Source of the DNA: Ophelia neglecta
Lineage: Eukaryota
Length of the DNA stretch: 64,000 nucleotides
Assembly (NCBI GenBank): GCA_965285935.1
Contig: OZ260663.1
Location: forward strand, 33,914,001 to 33,978,000
Direction of reading: 5' to 3'
Every line of letters begins with the position of its first letter. The stretch's first letter is position 1. Under the pieces are notes generated by a model. It worked only from the letters and a program-made list of their open reading frames with translations. It ran no database searches and was not told the origin of the DNA. Made by a program: the position numbers and the translations under genes. Of this stretch, positions 28,301-40,279 are shown piece after piece.

Positions 28301-31300
28301 GCTATTCATTTTCACCATACGAAAGAATTTGGCTAACCAGTAAAACCACCATACAAAAGTGTAAGGCCATACACAGTAAGCTGGGTTTAATACTTTATTG
28401 CCTACCATAGCTTGTAATTAATCTACATCGATTATGGTCATAAATGGCAAAAATAGGTTTGAACATCGAAAAAATCAAAGATTTATGTCCACAACAAATT
28501 ACAAAATGGGATAAAAGACATTCTACGAACAATTGTAGCCAGCAACATTGATGTAAATTAGGTGAAAGGTCAGCTTGTAGCAGTTCAATTCATTGAAACA
28601 CGCGATATCAATCATCTCCTCCATGTTTGAAAAAATACCTGAAAACTATTGGATACCTCCATTTGCAGTTACCGGACTATCATTTTTTCTCATATAACAA
28701 TATATTCCTCTGATGAATTCGTTTGCAGATGCAGAGAAGTATATTTGTACTCATGGGTTGCAGCTGATGGTACTTAATAAATTAGAATTTCAGTTCAATA
28801 TCTTGACCTTTAACCATTAGAAAGGTGTAGCCTTCCAGGCAGCGATGCAATTCCTAGCTTTTCTAAAGTGTATTAACCCAATAAAGATGTCCGAAGTGAT
28901 TAGTCAATGAAGTAAACTGTCCATACGTCGACTAAACTTCATCCGATTTGATGGGTGGATGGTAAAATTTCATGAGTTGGATCTAAACATTTTGAGATGA
29001 AACAAAAATAAAACATAAGTAGTCATCTACGCGAACATTGCACAGTATATACTGCAGCTAAAACAGGAATATAGAAACACAAAAAAAATATTCATGACAC
29101 CCTTGTTCGCCGGCCGATAAGCCAAGATAGAATAGGTTTACATTTTGAACTGTTTTGATTTCCTGATAATTAATTAAATAAAAAACTACCTGAAATTTCT
29201 TTTGTTTCATTCGTTTTGAATCCGTTTGAAGGTTAATGGTACGTTGTTGACCTACCAGATTAAAAACTATGGACGTACATTATTTCAAATTAATCTACTA
29301 AAATGAGTGTGTTTTAATTAAACCATATATTTATTACAAGAACCCCTTATTATATTGTGTACTTATTACCAGCAGAATCAACGTTGTATGCTTATCGCGT
29401 TTAGGATCCTTGTAAACAAATCTTCTGGCAAAAAAACAGTATGGTCTTAAGAAATGCCCTCTTTCAGATGCACGCAATGAAGTCTGGTTAAAGTGGGGAA
29501 TTTGTTTCGTATTAAAGTAGATAACGCTCCATTCCAGAGCTGAGCAGTGTTACCAGTTATAAGGAGTCGTTCCATCCCCATTTAAGTGCCCAGCCAACGA
29601 ACGAATAAGATTCTTTGGCGCTAAGGTGACTGTTCCTTAATTGTATGATCTCAGGGGAGTTGAGCTGGATCAGGAGAGAAATAAATGACCAGGTCCATAT
29701 GCCAGGGAGCGAAGTACGTGTGCGACGTGAGCGCACATTTTCCCAGATCCATTTGCCTCCTAGCCGATATAACTTAATAAGTTGAAACGTGTCTCCTGCT
29801 AAAGGATTTGACAACGTTTGCTTTCTTTCAGATTATAAGCGTGCAAATATATTTCCTACGCCCAAAAAAGAACACGTCGTGTTTATTCACATAAACTGAA
29901 TGCAAATGGCCAGATTTAATATTCATATCGATGTGAAGAGAGCACTAGCATCTGGTTTATGCTTTTAATGAATATATGGTATTAGCTTTGGTCATTGCCA
30001 TGTTTACGTGGAAATGTTGCTTATATATATAAACTCGTAGTATAACATCTGATGGTTTAATTAAAAGTGTTTGGCGGTATCCCATTACTTGATGATATGA
30101 ACAATATGTCCAGTAGTTCCTGAATGTTATTTTCATCACGTGTGCGGAGTAAGTGTTAAACTAGCAAGCTATTGATTTCTTGAGGACTTCTTTATATTCG
30201 AAAATGTGGCTGCATGTTGAATAATACCTGATAACACCTGGGTTATGTCGGAATAACAATTTAGAATAATGCATTTCGTTCTGCGATATTTCCAGAACGA
30301 GATGAGCACGTATGAATGAGTCTTGTATCGTTGGCTGGATAATGCCATTCACGGAAAACAAATATATGATCAGATACCAACCACGGTCAATATCAATTAA
30401 ACTGCTATAGATTAAAGAAAGCTCGCTATTTGATATAAAACTAGGTTAGTTTATGGTATAGTGTTTGAGCTCTGCAAATCTTGAGCAATTTGACTGTTCA
30501 TTTCGCTATGAGATTTCATACAAACGCTACATGTCCTTTACTATGTCAAGGAAGGAAGATAAAATCATAAGGACGGTGGAGTATTTCTTTATACCATGGT
30601 GTTTCACGCAATGGTTCCATTGAATTATTTTTCATAATTTATAACAGTAAATAGTAAGACATCAATCCATGGAAAGGGGATACCCAATCCATGAATTCCA
30701 TATTTGGTCACATATTATTAGAAAGTAAACAAGAGGAGTGGGTATTGAAGCGGTTGAAAGCTTTTCTCTCGTGGCAGCAGTGTGCTTGTCGAAAATATTA
30801 TCGATAGCTTCTGTTGCAGGAGTTTGTGTCTTGTTGATATAGCCATGACGTGGTCGAAGAAAAATGGAAACTCGAGAGAAAAACCGGGATTCGCCTAAAG
30901 AAAAGGAACACGACTTGCGAATAGGAAGATACCATAAAAACAGAATGGTGAGAGAGTGACTCAGTATTGTGCACAGCGCAAAACATTCATTCGAACAATA
31001 GGTCGACCTAAGTCTACGTGGCTCTATCGTCTGAAGTGCAATTGTCAAACCTAATATCACTGTGTCTAAGACATTCGAAGTGTGTATGTCAATGCCATTA
31101 TATTCTGCCACTCACACTTGGGAGCATCTTAATAAGTGAGCAGATGACCTGCTGCGGCTGGTTTCTCGAGTAAATCGAGTTTGAAATATGTTTGCTTGCA
31201 ACTTCCATATCGATCTGATTCCGTATAAGCCGTTCCATCTTGTCCTAATTTGTTGCAAGACTTTCCGCTCTGCTTGAGAAGAAAGACGAAATCAATACGG

Positions 31301-31802
31301 ATCTTGCCCGCGGCATAGATTTGTTAGAAAGGCCCCGATTTACTCGAGATTTCACGTGAAATTCGGACATTCAATGTCGGATCGATTCCGAGAAAAACAT
31401 CATATCCGATCAAATAATATTCTTGTTTTAATCTTGTATATGGTGCTTTCCTTGCTGAACTGTTGCAGAAAATGACATTGCTGAGAATGTGCATGTGCTC
31501 GCTTTTGAAATACTAGGTGTGCATGGGCATGCAATCGTATAGTAGATCCTTTAATCTTTCCTAATATTTATTATGATTTAGTGTTAAATAATTAAGACTT
31601 AACATCTACCTGTGAATGTTAAATAGGGATATCGTAACAGTGTCATTTTACTTATTCTAAGCAAGAAAGGTAGTTTAAGCATTCAAATTCTGTACATTGA
31701 GCGTGTAAGTTTGATTCAAAGTCATAATTATATTATGATGACCAATTTAATGCGGTTTTGTTACCATAAGCAGATTTACTACCTAATCTAGACAACGCAT
31801 GA

Positions 31803-31820
31803 CCCCCCCCCCCCCCCCCC
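31803..31820. repeat. Poly-C tract
   Basis: C18. Confidence 0.9.
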
Positions 31821-33094
31821 GACTCCCTCGCACCTATAATAATCATGGGATTTCCAAAAAGATTTTGCCTGCAATAGTGGCCGGTATATTCAATAAAACT
31901 AAACTACCAGTTAACGTTATAAAGAAATAACGGGGTTTGCTAATTTGACCGATAAGAAAGAGTGTCAATACACAGCGCACTATTTGATACACTTACACAA
32001 TCATTTCTATAAAACTGTTTACATTTTATGCAAATGATTTAAGAAGATTACATGTTATACTTTTAATAATTTAAGAGAAAAAAATGACACAAAAAAGCAG
32101 AAGTTTATGAAGGTGTCAATAAATGTACAAAATGAAAAAAGGACATAGTAGTGTTTCTATTAACAGTCAGTCTTACAAAGACCATGGATATAATAAAATA
32201 CGTGCATACTACAGGTGCACACACATCTCTCTTTTGACTTAAATTTTTTAATTCAACATAAATGCTTCCGCAAGGCAAAAAATTATATTGGACGTTATAG
32301 ATGTACTGATAGTGAAGGCTATGTGACATTCCTGTCATTCACTAAGCCTTGATTTGTTTTGTAATTATAAGCAAACAGGGACTCTGCCTGAAAACCATCG
32401 ATAGACAGCATTCAATGATGTTGTGTGTATGCCACCAACTTGGAGCTCAAAAAAATCCTTCCTGAAGGTAGGCGAACATAGCACTACTTTCATAAAATAC
32501 ATACGCCATATAACGCGTTACACGAGGTACAACGATAAAGATAATAATGAACGAAGTCGATACCCTAATGTAAAATGACTTGTCATTAAATATAAGTGAT
32601 TCTAATACAATAGGGTATATATTCCTATATAACAAGTAGTAAACGGGGTCGTGGCCTAGGATCGGTTTTTTTTTTCATTACTTGTTTTATGGTTATGCAA
32701 GGGCCAATCGATTTTGCTAGAAGTTCATTTGCGGATCATTGAATAATGCACGGGATTGGTATTAGGTGGAAAGTATCATTTTACGGTCGAAATGCACCGC
32801 TACAAGCTCTGTTAAACAGTACCCTTGAGACTCAACTGGTGTGGCTAATCGGTGTAGACTAGATAATGAGCACACGGAAATTCAATAATGCAGTGGGAAT
32901 ATAGACGAGATCCCCTTCGGCGAAGGTCTAATTCTATAAGGAATCAGCATCCAGCGTGGGTTTTCCTGTTAGATTTGTTATTGCCGGGATTTTTTTTTTT
33001 ATAATTTGGACTTTGAACTACAAGTAGGGGGGATGGGGGGGGGGAGAGATTGGGGATGGGTATTGCTCCTATTCTTTCTTTATTTCCGACTTAC

Positions 33095-33141
33095 CTGAAT
33101 AATTATTCAGTCATATGACATGAACAGTTAAGAGAACTCTG
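33095..33141 (-). other. Candidate 47-nt non-coding exon
   Basis: Acceptor TTATTTCCAG and donor CAG|GTAAGT; its ATGs open only tiny uORFs. Confidence 0.4.
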
Positions 33142-33983
33142 CTGGAAATAATCGCCCACATTACTCTTATATGTTCAGTTCCAACATACAACCAGCAGTA
33201 GTTAAAAAAAAAATCCCCTCCATTGATGCCTTGAAAGCGCAGTGAATGAGGAAGATATAATACTTCCTTAAACAACTCTTTACTGGTAGGGTGGGCCTAT
33301 TGATTTTATCTTTATTAGCCAGATACAGATTCAAGTATACTGTATTGTTGACTACTAGACACGTATGTTATCTACCAGCATATCGCTCCAATGTTGACCT
33401 GTATTTACCACTAAGAAATCTATTCCTACAGTTACAATGAAGGGTTTGGCAACAATGAGTGAAATGCAATCGATTTCAGCTAATGCTAATGCGCACTGCT
33501 GCAACTAACAAATGTTCTGACATAAATGAAACGATTTGGCTTCACATATAGAAACTTGATTAATTTGAAGTCACGGTTCATCCAACTTCTAAATCTAAAT
33601 ACAGCAATACTCGTTTAAGTTTATATGTTGCAAGATACCTGGTGAATGTTATGAAATAAATTACAGTTTGAAAAGTAAATTTCACTTTGTTTTTGTGTCC
33701 TTTTTTATCCGAATCAATTGTATTACAGTGGCGTACAAAGGAAAAGCATTTATCACACTTTATTAACATCAGTCTGTCCTAAAGTATATTTCTTCATCGT
33801 TCTACTTATTGGGTACTTTTAATGAAATCCGAAACAGTTTCGGTGTTTGTAAAGGAGGGATGTTTTTCATAGTTACGGAAAAAATACTGAACACAATGTA
33901 CAGCCACATTAATAAATAATGTCATCAATATACCTATGTGATAAATGACTTGGTAAAGAATTTTCGTAGAATCAGTTTCTTAC

Positions 33984-34403
33984 CTTCCTCTTTCCAGCGC
34001 TTTCCAGAGCGGCGTAATCAAGATATTAGGTTGAAATTCATTCCTTATAACGATATAGAATATATATATATAGGCTATATATACACTTAAGAAATATTCT
34101 TGTTTTTAAACAAAAACCTGCCCACTGAACGCGGTGTAGTGTCATATCCATTATTCATTCGACGTACCGAGTTTATCAAGTATAGTAATGAAATTCCTTT
34201 CAGCATCACGTCCTCTTAATTCTTCGGGGCATGATAAAACAAGCGAGACTCGTTAATGATCCGGTGAATATTACATTTATCACGTTTGTTTCCCAGAAGA
34301 GTGCCTTCAGCCTTTCTCGTTGAAGATTAATTTGAAAGGCCAATGCACTTTAGTCACGCCTTATACACTCTGACAGCAAGAGTTTATATATTGCTATCAC
34401 GTG
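33984..34403 (-). promoter_or_regulatory. Candidate promoter and non-coding first exon of a leftward transcript
   Basis: E-box CACGTG (34398-34403), TATATAAA on minus (34390-34383), strong donor GAAG|GTAAGA at 33984. Confidence 0.4.
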
Positions 34404-35290
34404 ACGATATAGAGGGTTAAGATACAACGATCCATCATTTCCAGTATAATCTACTTTTTAAAAATATCCCACTTTTGGAAATTGGCATTATCGAAATTCT
34501 TCTGCTTTCATCGGCATTGCTTGTTCTCTCTTTGAAGAAGGCAGGCATAACAAATGGTGTGGTATTTGTCAAGCACGACTAGCGTGTTGTTCGCAGTCGA
34601 ATGCTTATTGTATATGCCGATACAACATAAGATGGCATGAAACAATATCCTTTTTCGTTGTAAGCAATATTCATGTGATGGTTACCATGGCAATCATGGA
34701 TATAAGTGCTAAAATAGTGGAAAATTATCGGGATTAAATTCTTTGGCCTGTTTTACCATTGTTAGGTATTGACATGTTTAGACAATTTAGTATTATATAG
34801 TATTAGCATTGGAAAAGTCTGCAGAACTCGAATACAGCAATCGATTTTAATATTATCAAGAAACACAAGTGCGTACAAGTAAACTAACATTATTTACGGC
34901 GTTTATTTACCGTATTTGCCTGAGGATTAGTGCGCATGTGAACGTGCTGTGGTATTTGCACAGGGCTTCTCGTCATTTCAAATATTCTTAGCACGATCTA
35001 CTTCCGCCACAAATAGTCAATATGATACAATATGGTTTGAATAAGCGAGTGACGTTGTTGTTCTTTGCTGTTAAGTAGTAAATGGGCTGTTTCGCTGGTA
35101 AAAGTGTGATAACCAATTAATCAGTACAGGTTTTAATTTACAGTTCCTTGAGAGTCAATCATGATTCTTTTCCAGAAAGGAACTGTAGGTAATACTAAGA
35201 GATCCATTACGATTATGTATGTTGATTGTATTCAATGCTAAGAGATCCATTACGAATGTGTATCTTGACTTATACCCGTTCACAGAATTT

Positions 35291-35312
35291 ATTCAATTCA
35301 ATTCAATTCAAT
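35291..35312 (-). repeat. (TTGAA)n microsatellite 3' tail of the CR1 LINE
   Basis: attca x4 on the plus strand next to tttatt (AATAAA on minus). Confidence 0.85.
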
Positions 35313-35577
35313 CAGTTTTTATTGTTTCCAGGTATGTACAAAATAAAACATAGTACAAGTCATTGAGAATATTTCAACACATGAAGCAAGAAAAAAAATC
35401 TAAACAAAATATACCTAGAAACAATGAGGACTGGACCCCAAGGAGGTATAGGCCCTCTTAATAATTACATGAGAATATATACAAAAAGGTGCAAGTGCAG
35501 GGAGTCGGCTCATCACCCTTGAAGTTAATTATATAAATCCAGACCAAGGAATGCATGCAAGAAACACATACAAAAAA

Positions 35578-38500
35578 TTAATGAACGAAGAATATTAAAT
35601 AAGAAAGAATACGATCCGGAATTTCAAACTTGAGCAGGAATTCTTTTAGATTTAGTTTGAATACAGAAAGTCTACAGTAGCAATCAAACAGACCAAATGC
35701 ATAGTTCCACAATTTAACACCTCTAAACTTTACTGATTTGTTAATAAATGATGATTTCCCCATTGGTACATGTAATTGGGATGACTGTCTTGTGTCATAT
35801 GAATGAACATCTCTATTATAAACAAACAATTCATCGAACAGCTTAGGCAAAATACCATTATAAAATTTATACATAAATAATATTACAAAATAAGTATATA
35901 TTTTAGACAAAGGGAGAATTTGCTGCTGATTAAATAAGAGGTCGGAGGGAGCATAGCGATTAGCTGAACAAACAATTCGAACAGCCCTTTTTTGTAGTTT
36001 AAACAAAGATGATAAAAGGGTTATGTTGGCAGAACCCCAAACCTCAATACAATATGTCAAATATGGATAGATCATAGTATAATACAGTGACAATATGGAA
36101 GTTTTGGCAAGTTTTTTTCTACATTTGCTGAGAATACCAATTCCCTTGGAGACTTTGGTCTTAATTAATTGAATGTGTTCTGCGTATCCAATTTACAGTC
36201 AATTATGACACCCAAAAGTTTTGTGCAGAAAACTTGTTGCAGGGGCTCACCACTAATACATAAATCAGGGAAAGTTAAACACTTAGACCAAAAATCATAA
36301 AGTGAGTTTTTTTAACATTCAACGATAATTTGTTGACCTTTAGCCAATCAACAAGTTTACCGAGTTCAATATTCATAGAATCGATTAAGGAGTTTAAACT
36401 TTTTCCATTTACAAAAACATTCGTGTCATCAGCAAATAACACTGGAAAAAGAACACTAGAAACGTTTACCATATCATTTATGTATAATAGAAATAATAGT
36501 GGGCCCAGAATAGACCCCTGTGGAACACCGCAGTTAATACTTTTTATATTCGAATCAGCATCGCTGAAACAGACAAACTGAGATCTGTTGTACAAATAGC
36601 TGCGAAACCAGTCCAATGCTACCCCTCTCACTCCATAAATGTATAGCTTCTGAAGAAGAATTTGGTGGTTAACTGTATCGAAAGCCTTGGAGAAATCCAA
36701 AAAGACACCTAGGACTAAATCACCACACTGAAGAGAATGGGCAATTTTGTCTAATAGAACGATCAAAGCAGCATTTGTTCCGTGTTTTTCCCTGAAGCCA
36801 AACTGATATTTGTATAATAAATTGTTTTCATTCACAAAATCAATAAGTCTAGAATACATCAGCTTCTCCAGGACTTTTGAGAAGAGGGGCAGAACAGAGA
36901 CAGGCCTATAATTATTTACAAACATTTTGTTACCACTTTTAAATAAAGGGATACATTTGGCTATTTTGAGCTCAGTTGGAACAACTCCTTGGCTCAGTGA
37001 TAAATTGAATAAATGTTCCAAAGGGCCCAGGAAAAGATTAAAAGTGAGTTTAACGATCCTTGCACATACACCATCCCAACCAGCACTAGATTCCTTGAGA
37101 GACAATATTATTTTTCGTAATTCATCACGTTCAACAGGACTAATAAACATTGAGTTGGGGTTGCTATCTCCCATATAATCGCTAGGACTATTTTGCCAAA
37201 GTTGATCCTATATTAACATAGAAATCATTAAATCCATTAGAAATGACTGTTTTGTCGCTCACAGTTTTACCGTTAATGATAAATTTGTCAGACATACTAG
37301 AGGTTCTCTTCTTGTTGATAACCTCCTTAATGACAAGCCAGGACTTTTTTAAATTATTTTTGTTTTTAATTAACAATTGATCGTAATGAAGTCTCTCCAT
37401 TTTACGAATTAAACTATCAAGTTTGCGTTGATGATCATAGTATACTTTTTTATTGTAAGGCGTAGGGCACCGCTGAAATCTTAGATGCAGTTTATTCTTT
37501 ATCTTGATTGAAACTTTGAGACCTTCGGTCAACCATGGTTTACGATTACGATAGTTAAGAGTTATTCTCTGAAGCGGAAAACAGGCATTATAACATTCAG
37601 AGAACTTTTCTTGAAAGGTAGCGTAAGCTGATTGACAATCATGTGAAGAGATAACAGAGTCCCAGGATACTGATTTCAGCCTTCTGGTGAAGGTGTCTAT
37701 GTTAGATTTGCTGTACACCCGCCTTAAAGCATAGGAAGGGCCATCGAGAAATTTCCGTGACATATCGAGTCAAAAAATGGGAAAGTGATCAGAGATCCCA
37801 GTGAACAAAATACCCTGAAACATATTGTTAGGACCCTGATGAAAGTTGTTACAAAAAATGTTATCAATAAGCGTAGCAGATTGTAAATTAACCCTGGTTG
37901 GCTTATTAATGAAGGGCAAAAAAGAGTGGGAGTACATAGCTTCCAAAAATTCAGATGAAGGGATATGCTTATCAACGTTAAGCAAGTTAATATTGAAGTC
38001 ACCAGTCAAATAGGCTATCTTATTTTCCTGTCGAATTTTTGCTAATATATCCTGTACATGGTTATTAAACAAGCTAAGATCTGTATTAGGAGGTCGATAC
38101 ACGACCCCAACTATAACATTTTTCCCTTTACAAAAAGAATCTTTTTGAACCTCAACAAATAAACTCTCAATATTCCCGTTATTGCAAATCAAATCAGCAC
38201 GAGTACTATATACAATGGAGTCGCGTAAATACAAAGATACGCCACCACCCACCTTACTGTCTCTACAAGTGAACTCATGATTATAACCCTCCATGTTGTA
38301 ATAAGCTGCAGTAGAATGTTTCAGCCAAGTCTCTGTTATTCCAAATGCCAAATTTAAAATCGAAGTTATCCAGGTATACAGAAAGCTTATCTAGATTCTT
38401 AGGGATGCTGCGTATGTTAATATGAATCAAAGAGAAACAATTAGGATCAACCTGCAATTGAGAGAGCTGCTGATTGAATGAATCTTCTAAATAGTAGTCA

Positions 38501-38886
38501 CTGATGCAACAGTTTTGATTTTCGTTAAAATATTGTATATCAGGGTCTGCATCAAAGAGAGGAGAATTCAAGTCATGTTCATTTATATCAAAGGGATTGA
38601 AACATTTATCTTCCAGGTCTCTGAGAGAGAGAGAAGTATCGATATTATAAGAATCCTTAATGGCAGCATAAAACTCGGTGTCATCAGAAACGTGGTTAAA
38701 AGGGAACAATGTTTCAGAACAGCAAATGCATATCCATTCCTGGTTATTTCTGTTTAAAACAATACTGTCCGTTTTTGAAACCATTGGCAAACAATGTACA
38801 TGATAATAGCCGCTGCATATGGAACATATGATGTGGCAAGAGTGAGATAACACACGTCTCTTACAACAATTACAATAACAAGTCAT
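35578..38886 (-). pseudogene. LINE ORF2 (PHD finger, apurinic endonuclease, reverse transcriptase), broken into five frames
   Basis: ORF-track pieces 38281-38886, 37770-38351, 37188-37763, 36275-37174 and 35578-36093 are collinear parts of one CR1 ORF2. Confidence 0.93.
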
Positions 38887-39588
38887 CGTACAAACGTGTG
38901 AAGTAATGACATACCTTCACATCCCACCGCTGGATCACACAAAATAGGACTAGAATGGAGCAGACATGGGTGATGAAAACGTGCAAAAAAGTATAAAATA
39001 TAAAAAAATAGAAATACATACAGTTGAATCTCTTGCAAAGCATGGTAGTGCAGCAGGACAAGACATAAATAAATTCACCACATAACTGACATTGTGTCCA
39101 ATGTATACGCGTTATGACTGGTCAAAGTTAACAAGGATACTTCAAGTACGGCAGTATACAAAGGCATGCCGAGCAAATAATTGTGCAAGACTGCCGCCCT
39201 TCAACAACACAACGCTAGTGTACAAGAGTCTCAAGCAAGGGTCAAGAACCATGTACAAACACACATAAACTCTACTTGCCTCCCACCGAATAACGCTATG
39301 CACAAGGTGACATATAATACCATCTGTATAGGTGTATGTGAGGAAATTAAGATACACGCGGATCCAACAGGGCCCATTAGGCGACAAATGTCTAAATTTC
39401 ATTAAAGCAGATACAAAGCAGATACAAGAGCATTTTATAATGATAAAAATTAAAGTGTAGGCAAATTAGGATACTCGTGAATCATACAGACCCAGTAGGT
39501 GACAAATGACCAAATTTCATTAAAGCAGAAACAAGGACAATTTATAATGATACAAAGTGTAGGCAACATAACCACGAGTAAACCAACC

Positions 39589-40279
39589 CTAAGCATTGCT
39601 GTATGAAGACGGCATCGTAGACTGCATGGTTTCAGCCGCGTTAGTTAGCCGAACGATCAGGGGCCTACCTGGGTCTTTTTTACTTTTGACGAAGACCTTG
39701 CCGTTATTAGCCCAGGCACCCTCGATAGCGGAATCCGGGTTGTCTATCATAGTCTGACGAAGATCTTTTAAGTTTTAAATTTTTCCTGGTGATGTCCTCG
39801 AATATAAGAATGCGAGGTGTCAGGTCCTTAAGAAACGTTGATCTATCCTTCAGAACATATAATTTTGTAGCGACTTTGATGAACTTACAAATTATAACCG
39901 GAGGGCAATTCCGATTTCTCTCCGAAGAGCTGCGGGGAAGTATATGTCCCACATCAATGTCCTCTTCGTGAACTTTCAACTTCATTGTGTCGTTGAAAAG
40001 GGTCAAGCACGCCTGGACACAGGATTGTTGCGGTTTAACAGCCAGGCCATGGATTCTCACGGAGCTCTTCCTGGTCCAACCCTCCAAGTCATTGAGGTCT
40101 GATTGCGTTTCCTGTAGGCCTGCCTCAAGCCTGGTTGTCCTATCAGATAAAGATAAAACCATCTGCTTCAGAGAAGCAATAGCATCAGAACTGCTTTTTT
40201 CCGTAGCCGTCACCCTGGCATCCATCGCTTCCATTTTATCCTGGATTAGAGATGCTATTGACTGTTGAAAAGAATCCAT
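39589..40279 (-). pseudogene. LINE ORF1 (coiled coil, RRM-like region, C-terminal domain) with one frameshift
   Basis: Coiled coil then LEGWTRKSSVRIHGL..DIDVGHIL..PPVIICKF..IFEDIT; a frameshift near 39770 continues as KDLRQ..AWANNGKVFVK to TAG at 39589. Confidence 0.85.

Noticed and set aside
30662-31111. 149-aa minus ORF
   Set aside because: GTG start and no recognisable motif.
36330-40268. Plus-strand ORFs inside the LINE
   Set aside because: Antisense shadows of ORF1/ORF2.
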